DNA of 64,000 nt from Mobula hypostoma. Lineage: Eukaryota. Location: positions 36,706,001-36,770,000 of the forward strand of contig NC_086109.1 of assembly GCF_963921235.1 (NCBI RefSeq), in the 5' to 3' direction. How positions within the stretch are numbered: position 1 is the first letter of the stretch; each line of letters opens with the position of its first letter. Under the pieces are notes generated by a model. It had not been told where the DNA came from. It made no database searches and worked only from the letters and a program-made list of their open reading frames with translations. Below, in pieces: positions 24,601 to 35,792 of this stretch. The translations under genes were made by a program, and so were the position numbers.

Positions 24601-27600
24601 TATTCAATCCTTTTTACTGAAGTGTGGTGTAGTTGATGTTTGGCATTTCTTACATCCCTTAAATAGGGAATATTCATTTTTTCCCATGTTCATCACACAT
24701 ATTCCAGGATTGATTTTTTTTTTCAATCGTCAAATGATCTCATCAGTTCATTCCTGTGAATATAAAGACCTTAAAGCTCTTTGAAACTCCCTGGTCTTCT
24801 GCAAACCAACAGATTCTAGCTTTTTAATACAACTTTGTAATCTGATAAGAAATTTTTAAAATTTCTAAAGAAGCATATTATTTTGTTTTTTGAAGAGAAT
24901 TGAAAGGAAGCAACTTCTAATTTTATTGTATGGGATACTTTCAAGGCCTATATTAGAGGACAAATTATTTCTTATACTGCGAGTGTTAAGAATAAAGCTA
25001 ATAAAAAAAGAATTGAATTAGCCAATCAATTAAAACAATTAGATCAAAAATATGCTATAGCTCCAGATCCTGTTTTATATAAAAGATGTGTTGAAGTTAA
25101 AACTAAATATGATCTTCTGTTAACATATCCAATTGAAACTCAACTTCTTAAAGATAAAACTCAATTTTACATTCACGGAGATAAATCAGACAAAGTATTA
25201 GCCAACCAATTAAAAACTTCTGTAGTTAAACGACAAAATTAAAGAAATTTGCAAAACTAATGGTGATAGGACAAATGATTACTCTGAAAAAAATTATACC
25301 TTTAGAGAATTCTATACTAAACTTTATAGTTCTGACTCCCTTAACTATAACACTGTAATGAACAATTTTTTGGATCAATTAAATATTCCTGCACTTTCTA
25401 CAGATAATTACAAACAGATGGATCAACCCATTTCTTATGAGGGAATCGCTGAGGCTATATGTTCATTACACTCGGGGAAGGCTCTGGGTCCAGATGGATT
25501 TTCTGGAGAATTTTATAAGGCTTTTTCTTCATTAATTATACTGCAGTTACACTTAGTCTTTTTGGATTCTTTCATATTGGGTAGTTTGCCTCAATCTTTT
25601 TATGAAACTTCTATTTCGCTTATCCTAAAAAGGAACAAGGATCCAACTGAATGCTCTTCATATAGGCCAATTTCATTACTCAATATAGAGAGTAAAATTC
25701 TTTCTAAAGTTCTAGCTCATAGGATTGAACGTGTTTTACCTCCTATTATTTCTGATGATCAGACTGGATTTATCAAAAATCAACATTCCCATTTTAATAT
25801 ACGCCATGTATTAAATGTTACTTACTCTCCTTCTCAGGAGATATTGGAATGTGTGATATCCTTAGATGCTGAGAAGGCCTTTGTTTGGGTTGAATGGAAT
25901 TATTTATTTAAAACCTTAGAAAATTTTAATTTTGGAGCAGATTTTATGCAATGGATTAAAGTACTTTATTTATCTCCTTCTGCTCAAGTTCTTACTAATT
26001 TTCAAAATTCCAAACCATTTAAACTTCATCACGGAACTAGACAAGGCTGCCCTTGAGTCCTTTGCCTTTTGATTTAGCTTTAGAACCTCTTGCTATTGCT
26101 TTTCGAGAATCTAATGATATCTGTGGTATTTTAAGGAGAGGTATCACCCACAAAAACTCATTTTACGTTGATGATATATTGCTTTTTATCTCTAATGTTG
26201 AGAATTCGTTACCTTGCGTACTTACTTTACTCTCCTGTTTTAGCCAGTGTTCAGGATATAAATTGAACCTGCATACGAGTGAATTATTTCCTTTAAATAA
26301 TTTGGTACCAATTAATAGTAATCTTCCTTTTAAAGTTGTAAGGCATCAATTTACTTATTTGTGTGGAACAATCACTAAGAATAACAAATACATGTTTAAA
26401 GAAAAATTTCTTACTTTATTGAACCATGTAAAAAAAAGTTATTAAATTGGTCACTTCTTTCAATATCACTGATTGGACGAATTAATTTTTATTGAAATGA
26501 ATATTCTACCTAAATTTATATATCTTTTTCAGACTTTACCCGTTTTTATTCCTAAATCCATTTTTGACTCTCTTGAATCTATTTTATCCTCCTATATATG
26601 GAAAACTAAACGTCTTCGTTTTAAATAAAGTTCATCTTCAAAAACCTAAAAAGTCTGGAGGTTTAGCCTTACCTAATTTTAGGTTTTATTACTGGGCAGT
26701 TAATATACGATAATATATCTGGATATATCGTATTAATCGTGTAGACTGTCTGGTATGGGTTTCTTTAGAAGCTAACTCTGTTAATAAATTGTCTATTATT
26801 TCTCTTCTTGGATCCTTACTTCCTTTATTTGTAAGTAAACTAACTGATAAATTAATAGTTAAACATACTCTGACGATCTGGATACAATTTAGAAAACATT
26901 TTGGTTTATTGAGATTTTCCCTTTCTAGTCCCATTTATTCTAATTTTTTTAAACCCTGCATGACTGATTTAGTTTTTAAAGAATGGGACAGGTTGGGTAT
27001 TAAATGTTTTTGGGATCTGTTTGTTGGAGGTATTCTTTTTTATCATTTGAGCAATTGTCAGCTAAATATAACCGATCCAAAACTCACTTTTTTTAGATAT
27101 CTACCAATTAGAGACTTTCTAAGATCTCAATTATCCACATTTCCTATAAGTTCAGATAAGAACTTACTAGACGTCATTTTTAATTTGACACCTTTTTATA
27201 ATGGTTCAATATCTAATATTTATGGTACGTTACTGGAGACGAGCAATGTTCCTTCGGACAAAATTAAGAATCTCTGGGAACAAGACTTACAGACATCAAT
27301 ATCTGAGGAAATTTGGAATGAAATTTTTAAACTGGTTAATACGTCATCGCTATGTGCTCGCCATTCCTTCATACAATTTAAGGTGGTACATAGAGTCCAT
27401 ATGATGAAAGATAAGCTATCTCACTTTTATTCAGATAAATCTCCCTACTGTGACAGATGCACTAATGGAGAAGCTTCATTAATTCATATGTTTTGGACTT
27501 GTCCATGTCTTGAAAAATATTGGAAGGAAGTTTTTCAACCTTTCTCTTTACTTTTCAAAGTCAATTTTAAGCCTAATCCTCTGACGGCCCTATTCAGTAT

Positions 27601-28147
27601 TGTTGCAGGACAAGATATCAAGTTGAAGACATCAGATTTACATATTTTGGCCTTTAGCTCTTATATAGCTAGGAGGACACTTTTGTTTAAATGGAAAGAT
27701 GTTTCTCCTCCTACTCATGCTCAATGGTTATGCAATATTATGTCATACTTAGATTTAGAGAAGATTCATTGTTCAATTTCTGAATCTTGTCAAGACATTC
27801 AAACATTGTGGGGACCCCTTCTGAATTAATTTCAAAACTTTCAAAACCCTCAATTCGTTGCTTAAATTTAGATGTTGGCTATTGTTAATTTTTATTATAC
27901 AAAAAGGTATTTTACCTTTTTTTCTCCTTAATAAACAACTTTGGTCTTAGTAGGGGTTAGACTCTTTTTTTTTGTAATAAATTAGTATATTTCAATATAA
28001 CTTTGACTAACCTACATGAAAATGGGGTAATGAGATTGCTAAAATGAATAGATATAATGTAATTGGTAGGTTTTTTTTCCGATCTTTATATATGCTTTCT
28101 TGTACTCTGTATTCTTCTATGTGGAAACTAATAAAAATATTGAAAGA
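21637..28147 (+). mobile_element. Full-length decayed L1-clade LINE containing a solo LTR
   Basis: TSD GGGAAGAATGGCA at 21621-21633 and 28148-28160. ORF1 DLENRSRRNNL; EN VNVYAPNVD and GGDFNCWLDP; RT GPDGFSGEFYK, YRPISLLN, SLDAEKAF and GTRQGCP; C-terminal CDRC..LIHMFWTCP; AATAAA near 28130. Confidence 0.92.
23263..24082 (-). mobile_element. Solo LTR of the Gmr1-like family, inserted near the L1 ORF1/ORF2 junction
   Basis: Reverse complement is homologous to LTR 7206-8029 (TGTGACGAA...GGGGTACGTAACA). Flanks CCTTA/TTTTA are not a clean TSD. Confidence 0.85.
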
Positions 28148-29206
28148 GGGAAGAATGGCACATATTATATATTATCGAAAAAGCATTAATCTGTGAGTAG
28201 CCTAATTTTTAAAGTCAGGTATGCCATGCATATAAATATATGAATATAATAAAGTACAATGTATTAGTTCATAGATCCGGATCATCTGTATGTATTAAAA
28301 CTGACCATGAACACTTGACCAAAGAGATCGGTAAAACTGCTGAGCCTGACAAAAATTAGAAAATTAATATTATTTGTAGTAATTGGAGAAAGTAAGTGAA
28401 AAGAATATATTTTTTCTTCATCGTGACATTCTTTTCAGCATTGCTATGATTTAATTCTGAGCTGGTGGTGTAAAATGTTCTTCTGATTATTGATGTGATG
28501 CATTGTTCCCTGTAGAAAATTGTGTTGTACAGATTTTGTCACAGCAGCTTTGATATAATCACTCAGGCTGTTCCACGGTGAAGTAAGTATTCTATTGTGT
28601 TCGTACAATGTATAGCATGATTTATTGAAGAAAACCCACAGGTCACAAGATGCATCATCTTCCCAGCAGGACATGTTGGAAAGACATTTTATTCCTATTT
28701 TAGAACAACTTTATAATCATATGAACTATAGAGTTAAATGATGATAGATGATCTGGCTAGATTTTTCTCCCTAACTCTTCACACAAAAGTAGTCTCTTGT
28801 GGCAGTTTATGCATGTTGCCTGAGTCAACAAAAGGATATTTTACACGTCTGAAATATTTATCTGTTTTCTGTTCACTCAATAGGTAAGGGATGTCAACAC
28901 TGAAGAATGAAAGACTTTTCCATTCAATGACAACATCGGATCCTCTGAAGCTGTCTACTTTATCCTCTGCTTATCAGCTAAGAATCTGATGTGGATTTCT
29001 AATTTTGTGAAGCAAGCTCTGAGAAACTTTAATAATAAGGAGCCTGATTGGATTTGTGCACCTAGGCATTTTATCCCATTTTTGGGTGGATACCATATTA
29101 TAAATATCTGCATGTTTCAGAGCAACTTGACTAGTAGGATTGCTAATTCTGGAGCTCAGCTCTTCACAATCAAGGATGTAATCTGGTCACATAATCTTTT
29201 CTGTGT

Positions 29207-29334
29207 CTACTGCTCAGTCATTTCTTGATGTCTCATGAAGTAAAGTGTTTTGGCTTCTGTGATTGCAAAGCTATCAGGGAAAAGCCAGGATGCATGATCC
29301 TCTAGGTATTCCAAATAAGTGTGGTCAGTTTTGC
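29207..29334 (-). CDS. Putative last coding exon of the cupin/EctC-like gene: (G)KTDHTYLEYLEDHASWLFPDSFAITEAKTLYFMRHQEMTEQ*
   Basis: Acceptor TGTTTCAG (AG at 29336-29335). The phase-1 frame is open for 41 codons to TAG. KTD falls where EctC often has (K)TDMR. AATAAA on the minus strand near 28688 and 28621. Confidence 0.45.
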
Positions 29335-30321
29335 CTGAAACACTTATATACTCTGTGTTTATTACTTAATTCTCAATCAAAGAAATGAAAATGTAAGGAA
29401 TATTTTATTAGTAAACATTCAAAAACTGTTGTTAATATCATACATTGGTCAAGCAGAAACTGTGGGAAGAGAAGGAAAGTTAATATCTCTAATTGATAGC
29501 CTTTCATCAAAACTAGGAAAAAGTAAAAATATAAGTTTTAATTGGTAAGGCAAACAGTATTGGGATAGATATGTATGTGTCTGAGCTGATATCCGAGATA
29601 AGTGAGTGGTGCAGCTGGATTTATTTGAGGTTATAAGATACAGTTCATCATATCTGAGCACTTCCTTATCTATTGTTGAAGCCATTCCTCTCCACAGCCC
29701 CTCATTGCCACTCATGCCACTGCTACTTTTTATTATTATTAATAATAATGATAATAATAATAGTAATAAGTACTTCATTCATCCCAAATGGGAAATTCTT
29801 TCATTACAGCAGCAGCATTTAAAAACATACTTAGCAATGTGCAGACTGAACTAATAATAGAGTACAGAATAATAATTTACCAATGTGCAATAATTTGCAA
29901 AAATGTACAAAATAATAAAACAGAGACTATTGTATCATGATGTGTGTTCTCCTGTCGCACAAAGATGAACTGTTTTGTATATCTATTGCATTTGGTAGGA
30001 AAGATTTTCTGCAACGATCCTTGAATGAGTTTGAAAGGGTGCTCCACTGCTTTTTCAGTAGGTCATGTGTCAGATAGTCCATAATGGATGACAGTTTTGT
30101 TTAGTGACCTCTTCTCCACCACTAACTCAAAAGCGTCTGGATTGTAGCCAAGGAAGGATCAAGCCTTCTTGATGAGTTTACTTATCCTTGTTGCATCACC
30201 AGCACCAACGCTTACACTCCACACCTCATGGCTACACGGACACAGTCACCGTCCTACCGTGCTTCATGTGCCCTGCTGCTGCCCAGCACAGTTCTTCTTA
30301 CCAGCAGCCACTTTGTCACTT

Positions 30322-30472
30322 AACTTCAATTCTTATTGCTGGCTGTAAGGAGTTTGTACATTCTCCCCATGACCATGTGGGTTTCCTCAGGGAGCTCCGG
30401 TTTCCTCCCAGAGCCCAGAAAAGACATATTGGTTGGGAGGTTAATTGGTCATTGTAAATTGTCCTGCGATTA
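30322..30472 (+). mobile_element. V-SINE (HE1-like) fragment
   Basis: GTAAGGAGTTTGTACATTCTCCCCATGACCATGTGGGTTTCCTCAGGGAGCTCCGGTTTCCTCCCA, similar to 20835-20960. Confidence 0.7.
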
Positions 30473-30479
30473 GTAAAAA

Positions 30480-31450
30480 AAAATGATCAAAGTACATATA
30501 TGTTACCATATACAACCCTGAAATTCACTTTCTTGTTGGAATGCACAGTAAATACAAAGAAACACAATAAAATGATTGAAAGACTATGCAAACTATGCAA
30601 ATACAAAAAAAATACTAACAGTATGTATCAAGAACGGGAGAAGAAGAATCCTTGACAATGTGTCCATAGGTTGTGGAAACAGTTCAGTGTTGAGGTGAGT
30701 GAAATTGAGTGACGTTATCCCATCTGGTTCAACAGCCTGATGGCTGAATGTTAATAACTGCTTCTGGACCTGGTGTTGCAGTTCTGGGGCACTTGTATCT
30801 CCTTCCTGATGGCAGCAGTGAGAAAGAAGCATGACCTGGAAGGTGGGGGTTCTTGATGATGGATGCTGATTTCCTGTGACAGTGCTCCATGTAGATATCT
30901 CAATGATGGGAAAGGCTTTACTCAGTAGTGGATATACTGAATCATATCCACTATGTTTTGTAGGCTTTTCTTTTCAAAAGTGCTGGTGTTTCCATTCCAT
31001 CAGTTGTCACACAATCAGTGCACGTACAGAAGTTATGAGTGTCGAGTGAGCACCACAGTGAGGTAAGCACTCAACTTTGAGTTGCACCTCTATTGATTGT
31101 CAACAAGGAGGAGAAGTTATTTCCAATTCGCACTGACTGTGGTCTCCTGATGAGGAACTCATGGATCCATTTGCAGAGAGAGGTACAAGGGCCCAGGTTT
31201 TGAATCTTATTGATTAGTACTGGGGAGATGACGATGATGAATGCTGACTTTAATCAATAAACAGCAGCCTAACATAGGTTTTGCTGTGGTCCACGTCACA
31301 TAAAGGTAAATAGAGAACTAGTGAGATTGTGTTGGCTGTAGACCTGTTGTCATGTTAGGCAAATTGCTGCAGGTCTGCTATATCCATACTGAGGCAGAAG
31401 TTAATTCCAGCCATAACTAACCTCTCAAATCAGTTCATCATTGCAGATGT
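30480..31450 (-). mobile_element. Highly degenerate Rex1/Babar LINE fragment
   Basis: Shares segments with the minus-strand Rex1 copies at 1155-2450 and 2979-4556 (e.g. ATTTGCAGAGAGAGGTACAAGGGCCCAGG, GATGATGGATGCTG). Confidence 0.65.
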
Positions 31451-32208
31451 CGCCTAATGATAACATCTCAAATAAACAAGACTCAGATTAAAATCAATCA
31501 GAAATATACCAAACAATCAAGATTTTGGTGAAAATAAAAATGAAATCTAAATTTTGATCATGGCAAAGCACAATTCTGATATTATCATGTTATATTTGAT
31601 CTGTAGCAATGATGTAAGGAAAAATAATTATCACATTTTTCTGTTCGAGTGGCTGAGAGCATTTCTATTCAGTCACAGAACATTGTTTCAAGCCTGTCAT
31701 ACTTCAGAGGTTTGATAGACATGAATATTTAGAATTTGTGGTAGTACCAACCTTGTTTTATATTTCCTCTATGGAAATCAATGAACGTCAATTCATGTAA
31801 ACTCAAAGTTGCAAATATTGAAAACTGGAACTGATTTACAACTGAAATATTCTCTTTCAGGTATTTGATAAATTGTCTTTTTTTTTGGCACACTGCTCAA
31901 CATTGACAGTATGTGCTATTGATAAAACTGGAAGATGAAAGTTTATCGATCTGAAGGTTTGATTCTGCATCTGCCTCAACAAATGCTGCCTTATCTGACA
32001 ACTATTTCAAGCCTTTTTTTGTTTTTAATTCAATTTCCTGTATTTGCATATTTTTGTTTCTTGCGTGTTTAGCTTTGTGCATGTTACTAATTGAAGCTAA
32101 CTGCAATTCATGAAGAATCAATGTCATGCATCATTTATTTGTGGAAGGATTGCCCTTATTTTACAGTTGTGAGAGAAAACCAGTGGGGACTATTGCTCCT
32201 AACCTTAC

Positions 32209-32425
32209 CTAAAACGTTTGACCAAAAAGCACCAAATGCAATTGGAGTTGCTGCTATTGGTGCACCATAGGAGTACATCATACATATGGGAGGTTTGGCG
32301 ATGGACAATCACTCCAAAACCTTGCAGTACTGCCACAGCAGTGTAATGATGAAACTCCTTAACAGTGGGACAGCAGGTATCCATTTTGGGTTCTATTATA
32401 AATTCTGCAGTCTTCAGATGCACAC
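32209..32425 (-). CDS. Internal exon of the putative cupin/EctC-like gene; apparent 1-nt frameshift near 32273
   Basis: Acceptor CCAACTCTGCGCTTCAG and strong donor TAG|GTAAGG. Only the phase-1 frame is open: (G)VHLKTAEFIIEPKMDTCCPTVKEFHHYTAVAVLQGFGVIVHRQTSHMYDV. This matches the phase-1 end of exon 44192-44361. Length is 217 nt, or a symmetric 216 nt if one base is removed. Confidence 0.68.
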
Positions 32426-33859
32426 CTGAAGCGCAGAGTTGGCAAATATGAATTGGGAAGTATGACTTGCTGAGTACTATCAGGAACACAATTTTGAAGG
32501 CTGTCATTTATGTCCCATGGTAATTTACAAAGAAAGGCAATTACGTAGTCAAAAGCTCTTATTTTATTGATGCTCTGTTCATTTATATTTTTTGGAAGTT
32601 GAGGTTTGAGTCAGCATCTTGGTTAAGATCTGCCAAAGTAACAAAGTAAACTGGAAAAAATATGCAGAGAAGCAAATTTGGATGTGACTTACTTCAGATA
32701 CATATAAATGTTTAGATCAAAACTTCTGTTCATTAATATAATCTATGCAGAGAAGTTCATATTCTTTTAAAATTACATTTTTCTGGAACTCTACATTATT
32801 CTTCAAGAAGGCTGATGTTGTGGTTCAGAAACCATTTAGACTCAGAGCCCTTATGAGTGAGATATTTGCACAGAGGACATCAGGCAGAAGAACCTCCTCA
32901 AAACCTAAATATACCGAGTTTTACATTTTCTATATGCAATGATTATAAATGTCAATTGATAGACGATTAAATGCAACCATAACTAGTTTTGCTGAGTCTA
33001 AGTGACAAGAAAGCTATTTGCGTCCCATAGTTAAGATTGAGAGAAAGGGCATTTATTTAAGTGGTGTCAAATACCTTATCTTTAAAGTAACTAGTGGTTT
33101 TAATGCTTGGCTCATCAATGTTCTCCACTATCATTGGCTGTTCTCAGTCATCAGCTACATTCCCCCCCCCCCACCTTTATTAAACATCAATTTCACTTAT
33201 ACCAATCCCATAAGTGATTCACGGCTTAGACTTCAAATGCTCAAAGGCCATCTGGCATCCAATAACATAGATTCTTGTTTTGAGGCCTCATGGTGACCCA
33301 TTCCATGGCTATATCACATTTGCTCCATCCCAATATTATATAAATATATTAATATACAGGTATATTTTGAGGAACTAGTCATTGTCCTATATGAAGTGAT
33401 CAGTTTTCAAATCACCTATGCCAGGTGACTGCCCATTCTATGAGGTATTGTAGCCTTTGTTTTAGTAGCGAGCAATTCTTGAATATATTATATGATTTTC
33501 TTATGAATAAATTAGATGAACAATTTTGGATGAATTTCTTTATAATTGTGGTGATAAAGCTGAACTTGTTACTACACAGAGTAGCTGAGCCAATGGCACA
33601 TGCATTTAAAGTGAATCTGAATAGTCACCAATGGGGGTAAAAAAAAGAGATCGTTAGATATGTTGAGGAAGAAAGAAGATAATCGCAGAGAAAAGGTGTC
33701 CATCAGGATAATGAATATAGACATTTGGAGACATAATAAACTGTAAATGCTGGAATTTGGTAGAAAAAGAACAAGCTGCTAAAGGAACTCAGAAGAACAG
33801 ACAACATCTTTGGAGATTGAGTTAGTCTACATTTTGGGTTGTGGTCCTGCATCAGTTCT

Positions 33860-34275
33860 TGTTACAAGGAGCGACTAAGGCGAACCCAAGTGCAGGACAC
33901 AGACATGGAGATAAGGTTGAGAGGTGCTTGCACAGTCACAAATGTAGAACAGATGACCAGGAGGAATCTTGACATGGTGCTCTGATATAGAGTCTTGACA
34001 TGGAGATGGGGTTTTCGTGGAATAATTTGAAACTAGAGCTGAACTTAGAACTAATGGCTCTAAGCGGTCGGGAAATGAAGTTATCACATGGGAATAGACC
34101 AACAAACTGGCGACCCGTGGTTGTGAAGCCAGATTTCTTATCCTGCACTCTCTGATGGAAACCAGTTATGCTGAAATTAAGTGAACTAGCAGCAATTGGG
34201 AATCTAAAGACTGGAATTAAGGCATAATCAAAGAGATAGGAGCGAGATGGGGGACAGCCAGTTGGGACCATGACA
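33860..34275 (-). mobile_element. Solo LTR (Gypsy-type)
   Basis: TGT...ACA termini and a perfect 5-bp TSD GTTCT at 33855-33859 and 34276-34280. Inserted at the end of a decayed Penelope-type fragment (33725-33859). Confidence 0.8.
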
Positions 34276-35792
34276 GTTCTCCCAGAAACATATTTATTGA
34301 TCCAAATACTGACATACCTTGGTTGGACTGGATTGCCTGTTTGTGTGCAATAAATTAATGTCATCCAATGCAATATTGGAAGAGGCTTATATCCACAATG
34401 ATCTATGTGAGGTGGTTCCACTAGCATTGTATCATTAAGAGAAAAGGGAAACTACTAACAGCACTAATAAAGAAAAGATGATTTTCTCACTAAGTACTTC
34501 AGATATATGTGAGTATATGAAGCTTTGCTTTGTCAGTTGGATAATGATAATATTGATCATGATACAGTAAATATTTTATATTAACCATTGTTATCCTGTC
34601 TAATTTCTCTACTTTAACTTTTTTCTAGCATCTTCAATTAGAAGCTGCTGTGTAATGATAATCATAGTTTGATGGTATTGGGTTTGTTGACTACAAAATT
34701 CTAAACTAAGATGAAGACCTTAAGCCCTATCAGATATAAATAGGCATGAGTACCCTCACTACAGGGAGATGAGACTGTAACTAACCAATCTTCAAAGACA
34801 AGTTCACTTTGCTGTTTATTTTCCGTGGCAGACAAAATGGCTACCAATACCCACTATTCAAATGGTCAGTCTTCTCTCCCTATCAAGGAAAAGATATTTT
34901 CAACTAACAAAGTAGTTTAAAACACAGTTTTAAAAAATACTTTCAGTGATACATGATTAAATCCAAATATCACTCTTAAAACACATTAAAAATCACAGAG
35001 GATTTCTATCTTAATTATTTCCATATTACAAATCATTTCTAAAACATAAAGCATTTGCTAAACGAAAGAATTTCTTAAACATAAAGGATTTTATGGTCTT
35101 ATGCTCTTATTTTCAAAACACAGGCAGAATTTCTATAAACTAAAAATGTAAACAATGACGAAGACAACCAAGTTGTCTGTCACAGAAGCCGAGGTTGGAG
35201 AAATGGGTTCTAATTCACATCATATTTCTTCCAGGTTTCCTGATGTTCTTTACTCCATTCCTAATAAGCCTGGACTGTTCTCTACATTTTACTATTTTTC
35301 TCCTACTTGGGTGACATCACATGCATATATTTTCTCAGACACCATTTTAACACAAATGGTATAAAAACATCTTAGAGAGATAGTTCCATAATTAATGCCG
35401 TAAAGCTAAATTCTTTGAGTATATAAAACTTCCAACTATAAACACATAGTTATTGATAGGTTAAATTATCAGTCTGTTCTGCAAGTTTCCTTCAATGAAA
35501 CAACTTAAGAATCAGCTCCTCTGTTTGAAACAACCTAAATTAAACAACCCATTGTCTTTACTCTTAAGAACTAAGACAAGATGCTATGAGCTAGCATTTA
35601 CTTATCACAGAGTGTCTGTACTATAAACAGAGCTTGTTTGCATTTACATTTTAAGAACTGAAGACTGCCTTCCTTTTTATAATCAGAAACTAAACAAACT
35701 ACTTGTTAGAAGTTTACTTACATCTGCTTTCAATCTTACAAGTGGCAGATGCTGTGTATAAAAAGCCAAGATTAGCAAACAACCAAGGGGCC

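Noticed and set aside
28444..28695. Alternative last exon (GIKCLSNMSCWEDDASC...) for the cupin gene
   Set aside because: Phase-compatible but has a weaker acceptor and no cupin-like residues. It is more simply the 3' UTR of exon 29334. Not excluded without RNA data.
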